Source of the DNA: Escherichia phage JM10
Sequence record: PP400777
Length of the DNA: 64,000 nt
Reading direction: 5' to 3' (one strand)
Position 1 is the stretch's first letter, and the number at the start of each line of letters is the position of its first letter. Shown piece after piece: positions 1 to 9,139 of the stretch. Position numbers and translations under genes: made by a program. Under the pieces are notes generated by a model. It searched no databases. It was not told the origin of the DNA and saw only the letters and a program-made list of their open reading frames with translations.

Positions 1-1810
1 ATTCTTTACGAAGTTCTGAATCATCACCCATCAACATTTCAAAGAGTTCTTTCCAATTTTCAGGAAGTTTAACTACGTCGTACACAGGGTTCTGAATCAT
101 TTCACGATATTCTGACTTTTCAAGGGAGCCCAATCCCTTGATGTATCGAATACTATGCTTAGGCAGTGTATCTTTAACTTCTTCATACTCAGCTACAGTA
201 TAAAACCATTTTTGAGTTTTGCCAATTTGTGCAATAATTACAGGCGTTTTAACAAAGCGAATACGTCCTTGTTCGAACAATTCAGGCCAATTACTAAAGA
301 AAGCAAGCAAAGCCGGATAAATACTTCCAAGACCGTCATGATCGGCATCGGTCATAATTGCAATATTACGATAGTTCGTATTCTCTGCCTTTTCACCAAG
401 AATAAGACCTGTGATAGCACAGATATCAAAGAGCTCTTTGTTCTTCATCATATCAGCATATGACATACCCCAGCTATTCATCACCTTACCACGTAACGGG
501 AATCCGCCGTGTAGTTCACGGTCACGAACATCAATGAGATAACCAATTGCAGAATCACCTTCTGTTAAGAACAATGTCGTATCTGCATCTTTACCACATT
601 GGTTAGCTTTAATATGCTTATGAACCTTAGCTTTAGTTGCCTTTTTAGCTGCTTTAGTTTCTGCAGCCTTTTCTGCCGCCAATTTACGAGCTAATGCTGC
701 TTCAATTATAGGCATTAAAACTGCTTCAGAATTCAAAATATTTTTTGCCAATTTTTTTGTATCTAATTTAATATGCGTCCGAATTTCGCCATAAGGACTT
801 GTTAAACGCTCTTTTGTTTGGGAATCAAAACGAAGGTTCTTCATTCCACGAACGAACATTAAGAGAGTGAGACATTCCTTGATGCGCGCTTTAGTCACGT
901 CGATTTTATATTTGCGTTTAATAGCCGGAATTAATTCTTCGCAAATGTCGTCCATCACACATTCAATGTGATGACCACCGTTTTTGGTATGGATGTTATT
1001 CACATAAGTTAAATGACGGAAGCCATCTGGTGACCGTCCAATGGCAATAGAGCATCCGTCTTGTTCTTGAATGATGGTCTCTTCATCAAATTGTTTAGCA
1101 AACTTCTTAAAGTTACCTTGAATCTTTTTGCCATTAAATTTAAATTCAATACCAGGATAAACAACCGCCAATGTTTGGAGACGGTCTATAGTAATATCTT
1201 GGTATATTTTTTCAAATTGATTCATTTCAAAATGTGAGAAATCAGGAATAAACTCGACCTTAGTACCGTTGTTTTTAGACGGCTTAGATTTCCAAGAAAT
1301 ATTATCAGCGTTATTAGAACAATTAACGGTCAATTCATTTTTACCATCTGAAGTAGTGCCAACAAAAGAGACAGAAAAAATATTTGTTAATGAAGAACCG
1401 ACACCGTTTTGTCCACCCGTAACACGTTCTTTGTCGTCACCAAAGTTGCCACCGGCTTTTGTACGTGTCCACGCCGCAACTGGTCCTGGAATTTCTTCTC
1501 CTTCAGGAGTAATAACTGTTTCTTGAGGAATACCTCGACCATTATCTTCAACAGTCACTTTATTAGAATTTAAATCAATACTAACGGAAATTTTATTAGC
1601 ATATTTGAAATTGGTTCGAATAGCTTCGTCTACTGAGTTGTCAATAATTTCATCAATTAATTTGAGAACACCTGCAACATATTTAACCTTTTTAAATTCA
1701 CCGAATAGGAAACGTTCTTGTTCTTCATTGGCAACACTTCCAATATACATGCCAGGACGCTTCAAACAATGCTCTTTATCAGATAGCATTTCAATTTTAT
1801 TATCAATCAT
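1..1810 (-). CDS. 39: DNA topoisomerase II large subunit (GyrB-like), partial; continuous through the region that is a separate gene 60 in T4
   Basis: Hand translation from ATG at 1810: MIDNKIEMLSDKEHCLKRPGMYIG...DNSVDEAI...EDNGRGIP (GHKL ATPase), later EGDSA and IMTDADHDGLGS (Toprim), open to position 1. Absent from ORF track because it has no stop inside the window. Confidence 0.85.
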   Translation of the reverse strand, partial: MIDNKIEMLSDKEHCLKRPGMYIGSVANEEQERFLFGEFKKVKYVAGVLKLIDEIIDNSVDEAIRTNFKYANKISVSIDLNSNKVTVEDNGRGIPQETVITPEGEEIPGPVAAWTRTKAGGNFGDDKERVTGGQNGVGSSLTNIFSVSFVGTTSDGKNELTVNCSNNADNISWKSKPSKNNGTKVEFIPDFSHFEMNQFEKIYQDITIDRLQTLAVVYPGIEFKFNGKKIQGNFKKFAKQFDEETIIQEQDGCSIAIGRSPDGFRHLTYVNNIHTKNGGHHIECVMDDICEELIPAIKRKYKIDVTKARIKECLTLLMFVRGMKNLRFDSQTKERLTSPYGEIRTHIKLDTKKLAKNILNSEAVLMPIIEAALARKLAAEKAAETKAAKKATKAKVHKHIKANQCGKDADTTLFLTEGDSAIGYLIDVRDRELHGGFPLRGKVMNSWGMSYADMMKNKELFDICAITGLILGEKAENTNYRNIAIMTDADHDGLGSIYPALLAFFSNWPELFEQGRIRFVKTPVIIAQIGKTQKWFYTVAEYEEVKDTLPKHSIRYIKGLGSLEKSEYREMIQNPVYDVVKLPENWKELFEMLMGDDSELRKE

Positions 1811-2486
1811 TAGATTTTCTCTCAAATTGCATGACTATATTTTTGTATGAACCTTCCGGAAATCCACGTTTAATGCTTTCTTTAGCAAATTTCCCAACCT
1901 TTGGTTTATCCAATTCTAACCATAATTTATATAAAGCAGATTCATATTCCCATACAGGACTTTTACGATTTTTAAGCCCACACTTTATAAGTGCTTCCTT
2001 TGTATGTTTCTTATTATAAAATGGATTGTTTTTGCCACTCATTGCTTTAGAATGTTCCGGGCGCTTAATTCCATACATCGGATTAAGATCGCCTTTCTTG
2101 ATAACGGATTGTAGTTCAATAGTTTCTTCAGAGTGATTGTGTCCATAAAATGGATTTAACTCTTTTGAAACATCCATACCAAAGCACCCATCGACTGTGG
2201 CATAAGACATGTTGAAAAATTTTTCAGATTTAACCACATTATGCAATTTCTGGTAATACAACTCACAAAACGTCGCTTCTTCCCGTGTATCAAATTCGCC
2301 AATAATACATGAATCAAATAAATGAGGATTATCTTTTATCTCTTTATCATAAATTTGTTTATATTTTTTCGACTTTACCGTACCATGATAGTGATTGTTT
2401 GTATGTTTATCAAGATAAGTAGACCCTATATAAAACGGTGGCAACTTATCGCCTGTGTATATTGTTAAGTATGTTATGTATTTCAT
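1803..2486 (-). CDS. GIY-YIG homing endonuclease with NUMOD3 repeats (Seg-like), free-standing
   Basis: N-terminus YITYLTIYTGDKLPPFYIGST (GIY...YIG); three NUMOD3-like repeats NPFYGHNHSEETIE / NPMYGIKRPEHSKAMSG / NNPFYNKKHTKEA; stop overlaps gene 39 start. Confidence 0.7.
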   Translation of the reverse strand: MKYITYLTIYTGDKLPPFYIGSTYLDKHTNNHYHGTVKSKKYKQIYDKEIKDNPHLFDSCIIGEFDTREEATFCELYYQKLHNVVKSEKFFNMSYATVDGCFGMDVSKELNPFYGHNHSEETIELQSVIKKGDLNPMYGIKRPEHSKAMSGKNNPFYNKKHTKEALIKCGLKNRKSPVWEYESALYKLWLELDKPKVGKFAKESIKRGFPEGSYKNIVMQFERKSND

Positions 2487-2492
2487 AAAGGT

Positions 2493-2519
2493 ATTCTATC
2501 ATCCGAAATCTAAAGCAAA
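2493..2519 (-). promoter_or_regulatory. MotA-dependent middle promoter (MotA box TTTGCTTTA, 12 nt, -10 TAGAAT)
   Basis: Minus strand reads TTTGCTTTAGATTTCGGATGATAGAAT, 7 nt upstream of the ATG at 2486. Confidence 0.55.
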
Positions 2520-2535
2520 AAGGGCCGAAGCCCTT
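2514..2535 (-). terminator. Rho-independent terminator (6-bp GC stem, UUCG loop, U-tract)
   Basis: Minus strand AAGGGC-UUCG-GCCCUU followed by UUUUUG; directly after stop of 2534..2959. Confidence 0.6.
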
Positions 2536-2959
2536 ATTTAAATTTAATTTTCTGAAGTGCATCAATTGCAGCCAAACGTCCTTGTTCACTTTTAACTGTA
2601 ATGACCACATCGCCTGATACGATCACCGAACCATCAACAAATTCTATAGAGCCTTTTTTGAAATCGACAGCTGTATCTGGTTCCTGAACTTCTTCAAAGA
2701 ATTTAAATTCTGCACCATAAAGCAGAATATCACCTTGCATACTATGAATAGTTCGGCCATAATCGCCTACGGCTTCTACAGCAATAACCGAAACACCGTA
2801 ACCAATCATCTCTTCCACAATAAAATCTTTGGACAATAAAGTAGTATGCAGATTAGTATTAAGACGTTTACCAGTCGTATTAAGAATTCTCAAGAAATTA
2901 TCTTCCTGTCCTTTGATAATACGATATTTCTTACCAACTTCAAAACCTTTAAAAGCCAT
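2534..2959 (-). CDS. hypothetical early protein, 141 aa (position and size resemble T4 goF; not verified)
   Basis: ORF track; ATG preceded by SD; followed by terminator. Confidence 0.6.
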   Translation of the reverse strand: MAFKGFEVGKKYRIIKGQEDNFLRILNTTGKRLNTNLHTTLLSKDFIVEEMIGYGVSVIAVEAVGDYGRTIHSMQGDILLYGAEFKFFEEVQEPDTAVDFKKGSIEFVDGSVIVSGDVVITVKSEQGRLAAIDALQKIKFK

Positions 2960-2962
2960 AAT

Positions 2963-3141
2963 TAACCCTTCTTAAGTAAGTCGTAAAAACCACCATTCAC
3001 ATGTTTAGGAGCAGAAACCCGACGAGTAGACAGATGATGACATTCAGGGCAAACATCGTTTTCTCGTTCAGAAATTCTTTTAATTTTTTCATATTCATGA
3101 CCACAATCTTCAGATTGACATTTATAGTCGTATAACGGCAT
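2963..3141 (-). CDS. small zinc-ribbon protein, 58 aa (FmdB-like CxxC...CxxC)
   Basis: Hand translation [59 protein letters not shown]; start overlaps upstream stop (TAATG); below ORF-track size cutoff. Confidence 0.55.
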
Positions 3142-3572
3142 TATTGTTCCTTAAAATGTGCTTTCAACATTTGATACAAAGACCATGCCTGGTCGTTATT
3201 TTCGATAGTAATTGTCATCACCGGAAATTCAGACAATTCGTCAAGTTCACCAGAATCTTGCTCTTCGGACGCTTGATACGGATTTCCCACTTCGTCAAAG
3301 AACTCTGCTTCATTCGTGGAGAGCCAGATAAAGTTTTCATCAAGAATATCACCGCCTGTTGCGTATCCAACCGTGCCAGTAGATGTCACAATTTTAGTAG
3401 GACGACCAAGATGGTCAACATCTAATACTTTAAATGGTTCCATGCCAAGACGTCGTGCATAAATCCCATTATCAGTGTGGCCTTTAATAAACTCTTCTTG
3501 GGCACGTTTATCTTTAAATTGGTACCATGAGTTAACGCGGAATTTATTAGCCATTAGTAAGTTTCCTTCCAA
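3141..3572 (-). CDS. hypothetical protein, 143 aa
   Basis: ORF track; tightly packed minus-strand operon. Confidence 0.55.
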   Translation of the reverse strand: MEGNLLMANKFRVNSWYQFKDKRAQEEFIKGHTDNGIYARRLGMEPFKVLDVDHLGRPTKIVTSTGTVGYATGGDILDENFIWLSTNEAEFFDEVGNPYQASEEQDSGELDELSEFPVMTITIENNDQAWSLYQMLKAHFKEQ

Positions 3573-3778
3573 TAAGTTGTACCGTTTTCAGTGATTTCAC
3601 GGAAGATACCATAGATAGGCATTTCATCACCGAGTTTTTCGTAAACGTAAACCACTTCAGTGTAGCATAAAAATTCAGTCCAGTTTTTCTGTACAACAAC
3701 TAAATCAGGATTAAACAGAACATCTTCAAACTCATCGATGTTTGAATCAGTAGTTACGTTTTTAATGATTTGACGTTT
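3554..3778 (-). CDS. hypothetical protein (start adjusted to MKRQIIKN; track ORF 3554..3826 extends into the SD/promoter)
   Basis: N-terminal ...SKQEENIM is a translated SD (GAGGAG). Confidence 0.45.
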   Translation of the reverse strand, partial: KRQIIKNVTTDSNIDEFEDVLFNPDLVVVQKNWTEFLCYTEVVYVYEKLGDEMPIYGIFREITENGTTYWKETY

Positions 3779-3838
3779 CATAATATTCTCCTCTTGTTTT
3801 GATATGTCTATAGTATCATAGACCATAGTTGTTGTACA

Positions 3839-4363
3839 TCATTTTAGCAAAATAAAATCAACTTGTTCCGCCAATGAACGTCTGAACATTAATTGACAAC
3901 TTCCGAGGATGAAATCAGGTGCTTCATAGACCGCGATGTAGTATCCTTTAGCTTTCAAGAGTTCAACATCCACCTGGTCATCAAACCATGCATAAACCGC
4001 GTCAACACTTTCAAATCCAAAATAGAACCCTTTAGCCCAATCTTCACTCAATTCAAATGTGTGCTCAATTCTATAGTATCTTAAGATATTTTGTTCAAGG
4101 AGTTTGTCTTCATTTACTGTAGGACGATTAGGGACATTATAGTTGTCGCCGTGATGGTAGAAGTTACCTGAGAGTATTCCATGCTTATCAAGGAACTCCC
4201 ATGTTTCTTCAGAGTTGTCGGTGCCCGACCAACCGTATGGCGAACGAGGTTCTTTATTCCAAGAGGTTTCCCAAATTCTGACGGCTTTACCATCTTCGAT
4301 AGCAATTCCTGGTAATGATTCACGTTGAGTACAAAAACTACGTTCTACGCGGTAAACTAACAT
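3839..4363 (-). CDS. hypothetical protein, 174 aa
   Basis: ORF track; own early promoter and SD. Confidence 0.6.
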   Translation of the reverse strand: MLVYRVERSFCTQRESLPGIAIEDGKAVRIWETSWNKEPRSPYGWSGTDNSEETWEFLDKHGILSGNFYHHGDNYNVPNRPTVNEDKLLEQNILRYYRIEHTFELSEDWAKGFYFGFESVDAVYAWFDDQVDVELLKAKGYYIAVYEAPDFILGSCQLMFRRSLAEQVDFILLK

Positions 4364-4389
4364 ATTATTCTCCTCTGGTTGATATAGTT

Positions 4390-4418
4390 ATATTACCAAA
4401 ACCAGAGGAGAAGTAAAC
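4390..4418 (-). promoter_or_regulatory. sigma70-type early promoter (-35 GTTTAC, 17 nt, -10 TAATAT) with spacer/SD inverted repeat
   Basis: Minus strand GTTTACTTCTCCTCTGGTTTTGGTAATAT; spacer CTCCTCTGGTT complementary to AACCAGAGGAG at the SD. Confidence 0.6.
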
Positions 4419-4422
4419 AACT

Positions 4423-4842
4423 TTATGCGAAAGCAGCTGGGCTATATTTTTTAATTTGGAATTCAGGAACTACCATGAACTGTCCAGCGAAAACGATGTT
4501 ATAAAGCTTAACACCATCTTCTACCCAACGGTCGCTAATAAATCCAGCGATTTGCTTAGTTTTCCACGGTGTTCCATCAGTTGCCGCAGCAATAGTGAAT
4601 TCATGGTCTTTTTCAACAGAAACTGATCTGCATAGTCCCCATTTGAACGCTTTTTCTTCTGGTTCAATGAACTGGCTTGAGACGTAGCCAATATTACCAT
4701 TAGCATCACGAACTTTAACTTGGTTATGACCAAAAACCGGATCACTCACAGAAAGAACTTCAACCAACTTACCGGCAACTTTAGAGCGAGAAGCAACAGA
4801 TACATATACGTAATCACCTGTAGAGAGATTTACAATATTCAT
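4423..4842 (-). CDS. hypothetical early protein, paralog 1 of a tandem triplet (motB-region family?)
   Basis: C-terminal block ISDRWVEDGVKLYNIVFAGQFMVVPE shared with the next two genes. Confidence 0.6.
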   Translation of the reverse strand: MNIVNLSTGDYVYVSVASRSKVAGKLVEVLSVSDPVFGHNQVKVRDANGNIGYVSSQFIEPEEKAFKWGLCRSVSVEKDHEFTIAAATDGTPWKTKQIAGFISDRWVEDGVKLYNIVFAGQFMVVPEFQIKKYSPAAFA

Positions 4843-4851
4843 AATAATTCC

Positions 4852-5307
4852 TTAAGCTTTACGAGGAGACACATAGCGAGTGATTTCAGATTCTTTAACA
4901 ACTCGGAAGTCACCTAAGAATACGATATTGTATAACTTTTCACCATCTTCAACCCATTGGTCACTAATGAAGCCACACATAGTATCAGTTTTGCTTGGAT
5001 AGCCGTATTCATCGATGAAGTCAAATTCTTTATCAGTCTGGAATTCAACACCTTTACACAAGGCCCATTTGAACTGTACATTAGGCTCAGTAGAAGCAAA
5101 AGCACCACTCACACGAGTTTCCAGGAATTTAGGACTTACGTAAGCGTACTGAGTATCCTGATGTCCAAAACTAGGAATGATTCGAACTTTAACTTCTTTA
5201 ATACGTCCCATGCCATTAGTACGAAGTCCTACTACTTCAACCAGCTTTCCTGCAGCTTTAGAACGAGACGCTGTCGATACACGTTTAATTTCACCAATAT
5301 TAATCAT
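4852..5307 (-). CDS. hypothetical early protein, paralog 2 (start adjusted to MINIGEIKRV)
   Basis: FISDQWVEDGEKLYNIVFLGDFRVV; track ORF N-terminus translates the promoter. Confidence 0.6.
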   Translation of the reverse strand: MINIGEIKRVSTASRSKAAGKLVEVVGLRTNGMGRIKEVKVRIIPSFGHQDTQYAYVSPKFLETRVSGAFASTEPNVQFKWALCKGVEFQTDKEFDFIDEYGYPSKTDTMCGFISDQWVEDGEKLYNIVFLGDFRVVKESEITRYVSPRKA

Positions 5308-5337
5308 ATTTTTTCTCTCTTTGTTTAAGTTGAATTC

Positions 5338-5367
5338 ATTATACTCCATCCATCCTTGGATGTAAAA
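5338..5367 (-). promoter_or_regulatory. early promoter (-35 TTTTAC, -10 TATAAT)
   Basis: Minus strand TTTTACATCCAAGGATGGATGGAGTATAAT. Confidence 0.55.
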
Positions 5368-5369
5368 CA

Positions 5370-5864
5370 TTAATTAAGAATATTAACTACTGCACTACGT
5401 GGAACAACACTAAAATCACCAGCATGAACAACGTTAATAAGTTCAACACCATCTTCAATCCACTGATCAGTTACCCATCCACTCACTGGACCTGCGAACG
5501 GACGTCGAATTGAAACAGCTTTACACAACAAATCAGTAGGCTCAATAGGCTTAATCAGAGTACCGTACATACAAGCGATATCCATATCAATACAGATGTC
5601 TTTAACGGGTTCTACTTCTTCAATAAACAGTTCAAAGTCGGTGCTTGGAAGGGCGGTAGTAGAAATTGTACCGTATGAATTTTTAATTTCTAAGAATAAC
5701 CAAGGGCCTTCCGTTTGTTTGATGAAGTTAACAATAGTGAAACTATTACCTTGAGTGGCACCTAAAATTTCACAAAACTTTTCATAAGCTCGCACTGAAG
5801 CACCGTACCAGTTGATTTGTTTTTCGTCTTTCAGGATGTAAGTAGCCGTAGTATTGATATTCAT
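5370..5864 (-). CDS. hypothetical early protein, paralog 3 (start adjusted to MNINTTATY)
   Basis: WVTDQWIEDGVELINVVHAGDFSVVP. Confidence 0.6.
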   Translation of the reverse strand: MNINTTATYILKDEKQINWYGASVRAYEKFCEILGATQGNSFTIVNFIKQTEGPWLFLEIKNSYGTISTTALPSTDFELFIEEVEPVKDICIDMDIACMYGTLIKPIEPTDLLCKAVSIRRPFAGPVSGWVTDQWIEDGVELINVVHAGDFSVVPRSAVVNILN

Positions 5865-5894
5865 AATGTTTTCCTGTTTGGTTAAGATAGAAAG

Positions 5895-5924
5895 ATTATA
5901 CTCCAACCATCCTTGGATGTAAAC
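5895..5924 (-). promoter_or_regulatory. early promoter (-35 GTTTAC, 18 nt, -10 TATAAT)
   Basis: Minus strand GTTTACATCCAAGGATGGTTGGAGTATAAT; same spacer as promoters at 5338 and 47417. Confidence 0.6.
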
Positions 5925-5929
5925 TGGTT

Positions 5930-6607
5930 TTATCGCTGTTTTACACTTAACGGGTCAGGATTCTCAGGGACATCTTCAAGGCCAAGCGCATAACGCTGAG
6001 CATATTTTAACATCAAAATATCTTTAGCACAATCATGAATACTATCATGGGCAACGAATCCTTTTAGCGTACCCATCGGTAATGGACACATACTTAATCC
6101 TCGTGTCAACGAGTAAGCTTCGATTGCCGTACGAATATCGCGTTGAGCCCAGAATTTAACCGGTTCTAATTTATCAGTATCAATCTCTGGTTCAAGAACA
6201 CCTTCATCACGATAGAGGTCACGAATCAAATCGACCAATATTGGGAAGTCAAAGCTCATACCACGGCACCACATCTGTGATTTCCATTGGTCAACTTTAT
6301 TAGCTCGGCAATAGTCTAAAAAGATTTTAATGCCTTCAAGCGTAGTGACATCATCTTCAGACGGAGCCAGGTTTTTACGCGCTTCAGCCGATTGTTCTTT
6401 CCACCATTTCATAGTGGATTTAGCGAAAACTCGCTTCCCTTTCTGAGAAGCTAAATTAAATTTAATTCGCTTACCTCGTTGAACAAGTTCTTCAAATGAT
6501 TCAACAACTTCAGGGTCGGAATTATATGCAATAACCGCAAGGTCAATAACAGCCGCTTTTGATGTATTGCCGAATGTTTCAAAATCTATAATAACATCAG
6601 TGCTCAT
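5930..6607 (-). CDS. dexA: exonuclease A (DEDD-type 3'-5' exonuclease)
   Basis: 225 aa; N-terminal VIIDFETFG; T4 synteny next to dda. Confidence 0.8.
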   Translation of the reverse strand: MSTDVIIDFETFGNTSKAAVIDLAVIAYNSDPEVVESFEELVQRGKRIKFNLASQKGKRVFAKSTMKWWKEQSAEARKNLAPSEDDVTTLEGIKIFLDYCRANKVDQWKSQMWCRGMSFDFPILVDLIRDLYRDEGVLEPEIDTDKLEPVKFWAQRDIRTAIEAYSLTRGLSMCPLPMGTLKGFVAHDSIHDCAKDILMLKYAQRYALGLEDVPENPDPLSVKQR

Positions 6608-6616
6608 AATTTTCTC

Positions 6617-7930
6617 TCAAATAAAATGGACGTCAAACCGACCACGAGTTGTGCCGACATACAATAACTGTTTAGCTAATTCTGAATCGGCATAATGGAT
6701 ACACGGCGTATAAACAAAGGCCGTGTCAACAGACATACCCTGGGCCTTATGGAAGGTTGATACTGGTAGTGCCTTCACCTTAGTGAACATACGTTTAGCA
6801 TCCCAGAATTCGCTCCATGGAGCTTTACCACCTTTATTCCAGAATTTGTATGTTTCTGCGGTCTTAGCCAAAAACAAATTGAATTTATAAAGCTCTTCTT
6901 CAGAAGAAATAACCTTTATATCTTCGCGGATGTATTCTTCATCATCCCCGTATGTTTCTACTGTAAGATTCCAGTATCGTATCATATATTCGCCTGAAAC
7001 ACCGCGTGCTTTAACGAATGTAGACGTTTCTACAGCGTCTCGAATACGAACGAATTGCCCGTTATTGAAAAGCATTTCGGTCATATTTTTACCATCTAGC
7101 TTATATGTCTTAGTAAATGGCTCTTGTAGAACAATGACCTCGTCTTTAATAAATGGTTTTTCTGTTTCAAGAAGTTTTCGGCGAATAATTGAATTTAACT
7201 TGTCCACCGACTTATTTGTGAATGCCATCATTCGATTTTCGAAAAGGTCTTCAGGAGTTTTAACGATGTTAAAATAGTTCATCATATACGATTTAAGGTC
7301 TGTATATCCGTGAACACCGTGTCCATCAACTACTTTATCGTAAATCCATTTGCCATTACGAATATCAGTCGCAACATCAATAATTGGTGCATTGCTACGT
7401 TTAACTTCTGTAAGGTCGCATTGCACAAAGTCTTTGTGAGTGAAGAAAGGACTTAGATACGCAGTTGATTCGCCTGGGTCTACCGGACGAATCTGGCATC
7501 GGTCGCCGATTCCAATTACTGTACACCATTTAGGGATACTAGCTAACATTATTTTAAACAGAGAACGGTCGCACATTGACGCTTCATCAAATAACAGTAC
7601 ACGACACAAGGCTAAGTCGGGAACCTTTTTCTGTTCAAACAATACGTTTTCTTCGTATGTAGTTGGGTTGATTTTAAGAATGCTATGAATAGTCGATGCT
7701 TCTTGACCCGCAAGTTTGCTTAGAACCTTTTTAGCAGCATGTGTAGGGGCTGCTAAAATAATACCTGATTCTCCGGCAGAAATAAGAGCTTCAACGATGA
7801 ATCTAGTAAGGGTTGTTTTACCTGTACCAGCGGGCCCATTAATAGTTACGTGATGTTTCTTTTCTTTAATAGCGTTCATAACAACGTTGAAGGCGTTTTT
7901 CTGGCCTTCAGTCAAATCATCAAATGTCAT
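6617..7930 (-). CDS. dda: Dda DNA helicase (SF1)
   Basis: 437 aa; Walker A GPAGTGKTT; Walker B LLFDEASM. Confidence 0.9.
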   Translation of the reverse strand: MTFDDLTEGQKNAFNVVMNAIKEKKHHVTINGPAGTGKTTLTRFIVEALISAGESGIILAAPTHAAKKVLSKLAGQEASTIHSILKINPTTYEENVLFEQKKVPDLALCRVLLFDEASMCDRSLFKIMLASIPKWCTVIGIGDRCQIRPVDPGESTAYLSPFFTHKDFVQCDLTEVKRSNAPIIDVATDIRNGKWIYDKVVDGHGVHGYTDLKSYMMNYFNIVKTPEDLFENRMMAFTNKSVDKLNSIIRRKLLETEKPFIKDEVIVLQEPFTKTYKLDGKNMTEMLFNNGQFVRIRDAVETSTFVKARGVSGEYMIRYWNLTVETYGDDEEYIREDIKVISSEEELYKFNLFLAKTAETYKFWNKGGKAPWSEFWDAKRMFTKVKALPVSTFHKAQGMSVDTAFVYTPCIHYADSELAKQLLYVGTTRGRFDVHFI

Positions 7931-8238
7931 CGTAAAGTCCCTGCAATTGGAATACTAACAATACGGCCTGTGTCCAGAATTCGTTGATACAATCTTTGCG
8001 TCTCCGCATCTAGTTTAATGTGTTTCATTTCAAGCTTATTAAACCAGAACTTACGCGGAGTTTCGACCATTCTTAGAACTCCCATTTTTAAATCTGTTTT
8101 ATACTGCGTTTTCAAAGTATCGAAAACTTTATCTGCAATATCCTTTCTAAAAAATACTGCAGGACGATGCTCATCAAGTGGAACCGGGACAGTAAATCCT
8201 TCCATATCTCGATAAACTATTGCATATACATAAACCAT
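7927..8238 (-). CDS. hypothetical protein, 103 aa (dda.1 position)
   Basis: ORF track; start overlaps dda. Confidence 0.5.
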   Translation of the reverse strand: MVYVYAIVYRDMEGFTVPVPLDEHRPAVFFRKDIADKVFDTLKTQYKTDLKMGVLRMVETPRKFWFNKLEMKHIKLDAETQRLYQRILDTGRIVSIPIAGTLR

Positions 8239-8240
8239 AA

Positions 8241-8987
8241 TTAACCTTTAATCAGTTGGAATAATGATGCGCTAAGTGGTAAGCCACGTTTCAATTTTAA
8301 TTTACCAATGAAACCAATCTTTTCAAAACGTTGCAGACCTTGGATAACTTTATCATATGTATCGAAAAGCGATTCAGCGTCAGTTAATTTAGTTTTAGTT
8401 TTCCAGTCAGAGCCTTTAAGAAGAACGTTGAGTTTAGTAAGTTCATGGCCTTCTGCTTGATGTGAGCCATTAATGCGTGCTTTCAAAGCAACAATTCTAA
8501 GTTTAGATTCGTTAGATAAAGGTTGATTTTTCATCATGTTCGCCATATGCTTAACACGATTTTCACGTTTTGCTCGGATTTTTAAAATAGTACCATAAAC
8601 ATTTTTAATTTGGGCCCATTTCTTCTCGTCGAGATTAAGTTTCTCTACTTTACGGGCAGAAGGATTAGCGATACGTCTTGCAATGGCATCACGTTTCACA
8701 ATAAGTTCTTCTAATGTTAAATCAGAACGAGCCGTGTTATATTTTTTCTTAACTGGGATAACATTACCTTTAATGTAGCCTATATCGTTATTAAAACGTT
8801 CTAAGGATAATTTCTCACCTTCAACAGAGTTATTGAAAGATTCGCCTGAGTAAGCGCAGACCTTTTGATCAAGAATGTTTTTAAGGTAATTAAAGTCTAA
8901 GTTAAAATCCTTAGAGCGTCTCTTCGCAGAAGCTCTGGTGTGGTCAAGACGACGATTGATTTTGTTAATTTTATTATTTGATAACAT
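8241..8987 (-). CDS. srd: hypothetical basic protein, 248 aa (T4 srd position)
   Basis: Size and synteny only. Confidence 0.45.
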   Translation of the reverse strand: MLSNNKINKINRRLDHTRASAKRRSKDFNLDFNYLKNILDQKVCAYSGESFNNSVEGEKLSLERFNNDIGYIKGNVIPVKKKYNTARSDLTLEELIVKRDAIARRIANPSARKVEKLNLDEKKWAQIKNVYGTILKIRAKRENRVKHMANMMKNQPLSNESKLRIVALKARINGSHQAEGHELTKLNVLLKGSDWKTKTKLTDAESLFDTYDKVIQGLQRFEKIGFIGKLKLKRGLPLSASLFQLIKG

Positions 8988-9139
8988 AATATTTTCCTCT
9001 GTCTTACGGACGTTAGGTCATTTAGCTGATAAGCTTATAGTATCATGCCCTCAGGTAGTGTACACTCTTTTTTCATAAAATGCTTTAATTTTTTATGTGT
9101 TATAATGGTTCTGAGTTCCATCCGGTTATTCCAATTCAG

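Noticed and set aside
155-1850. Plus-strand ORFs 155..463, 1269..1526, 1605..1850
   Set aside because: All antisense to the continuous gene 39 reading frame.
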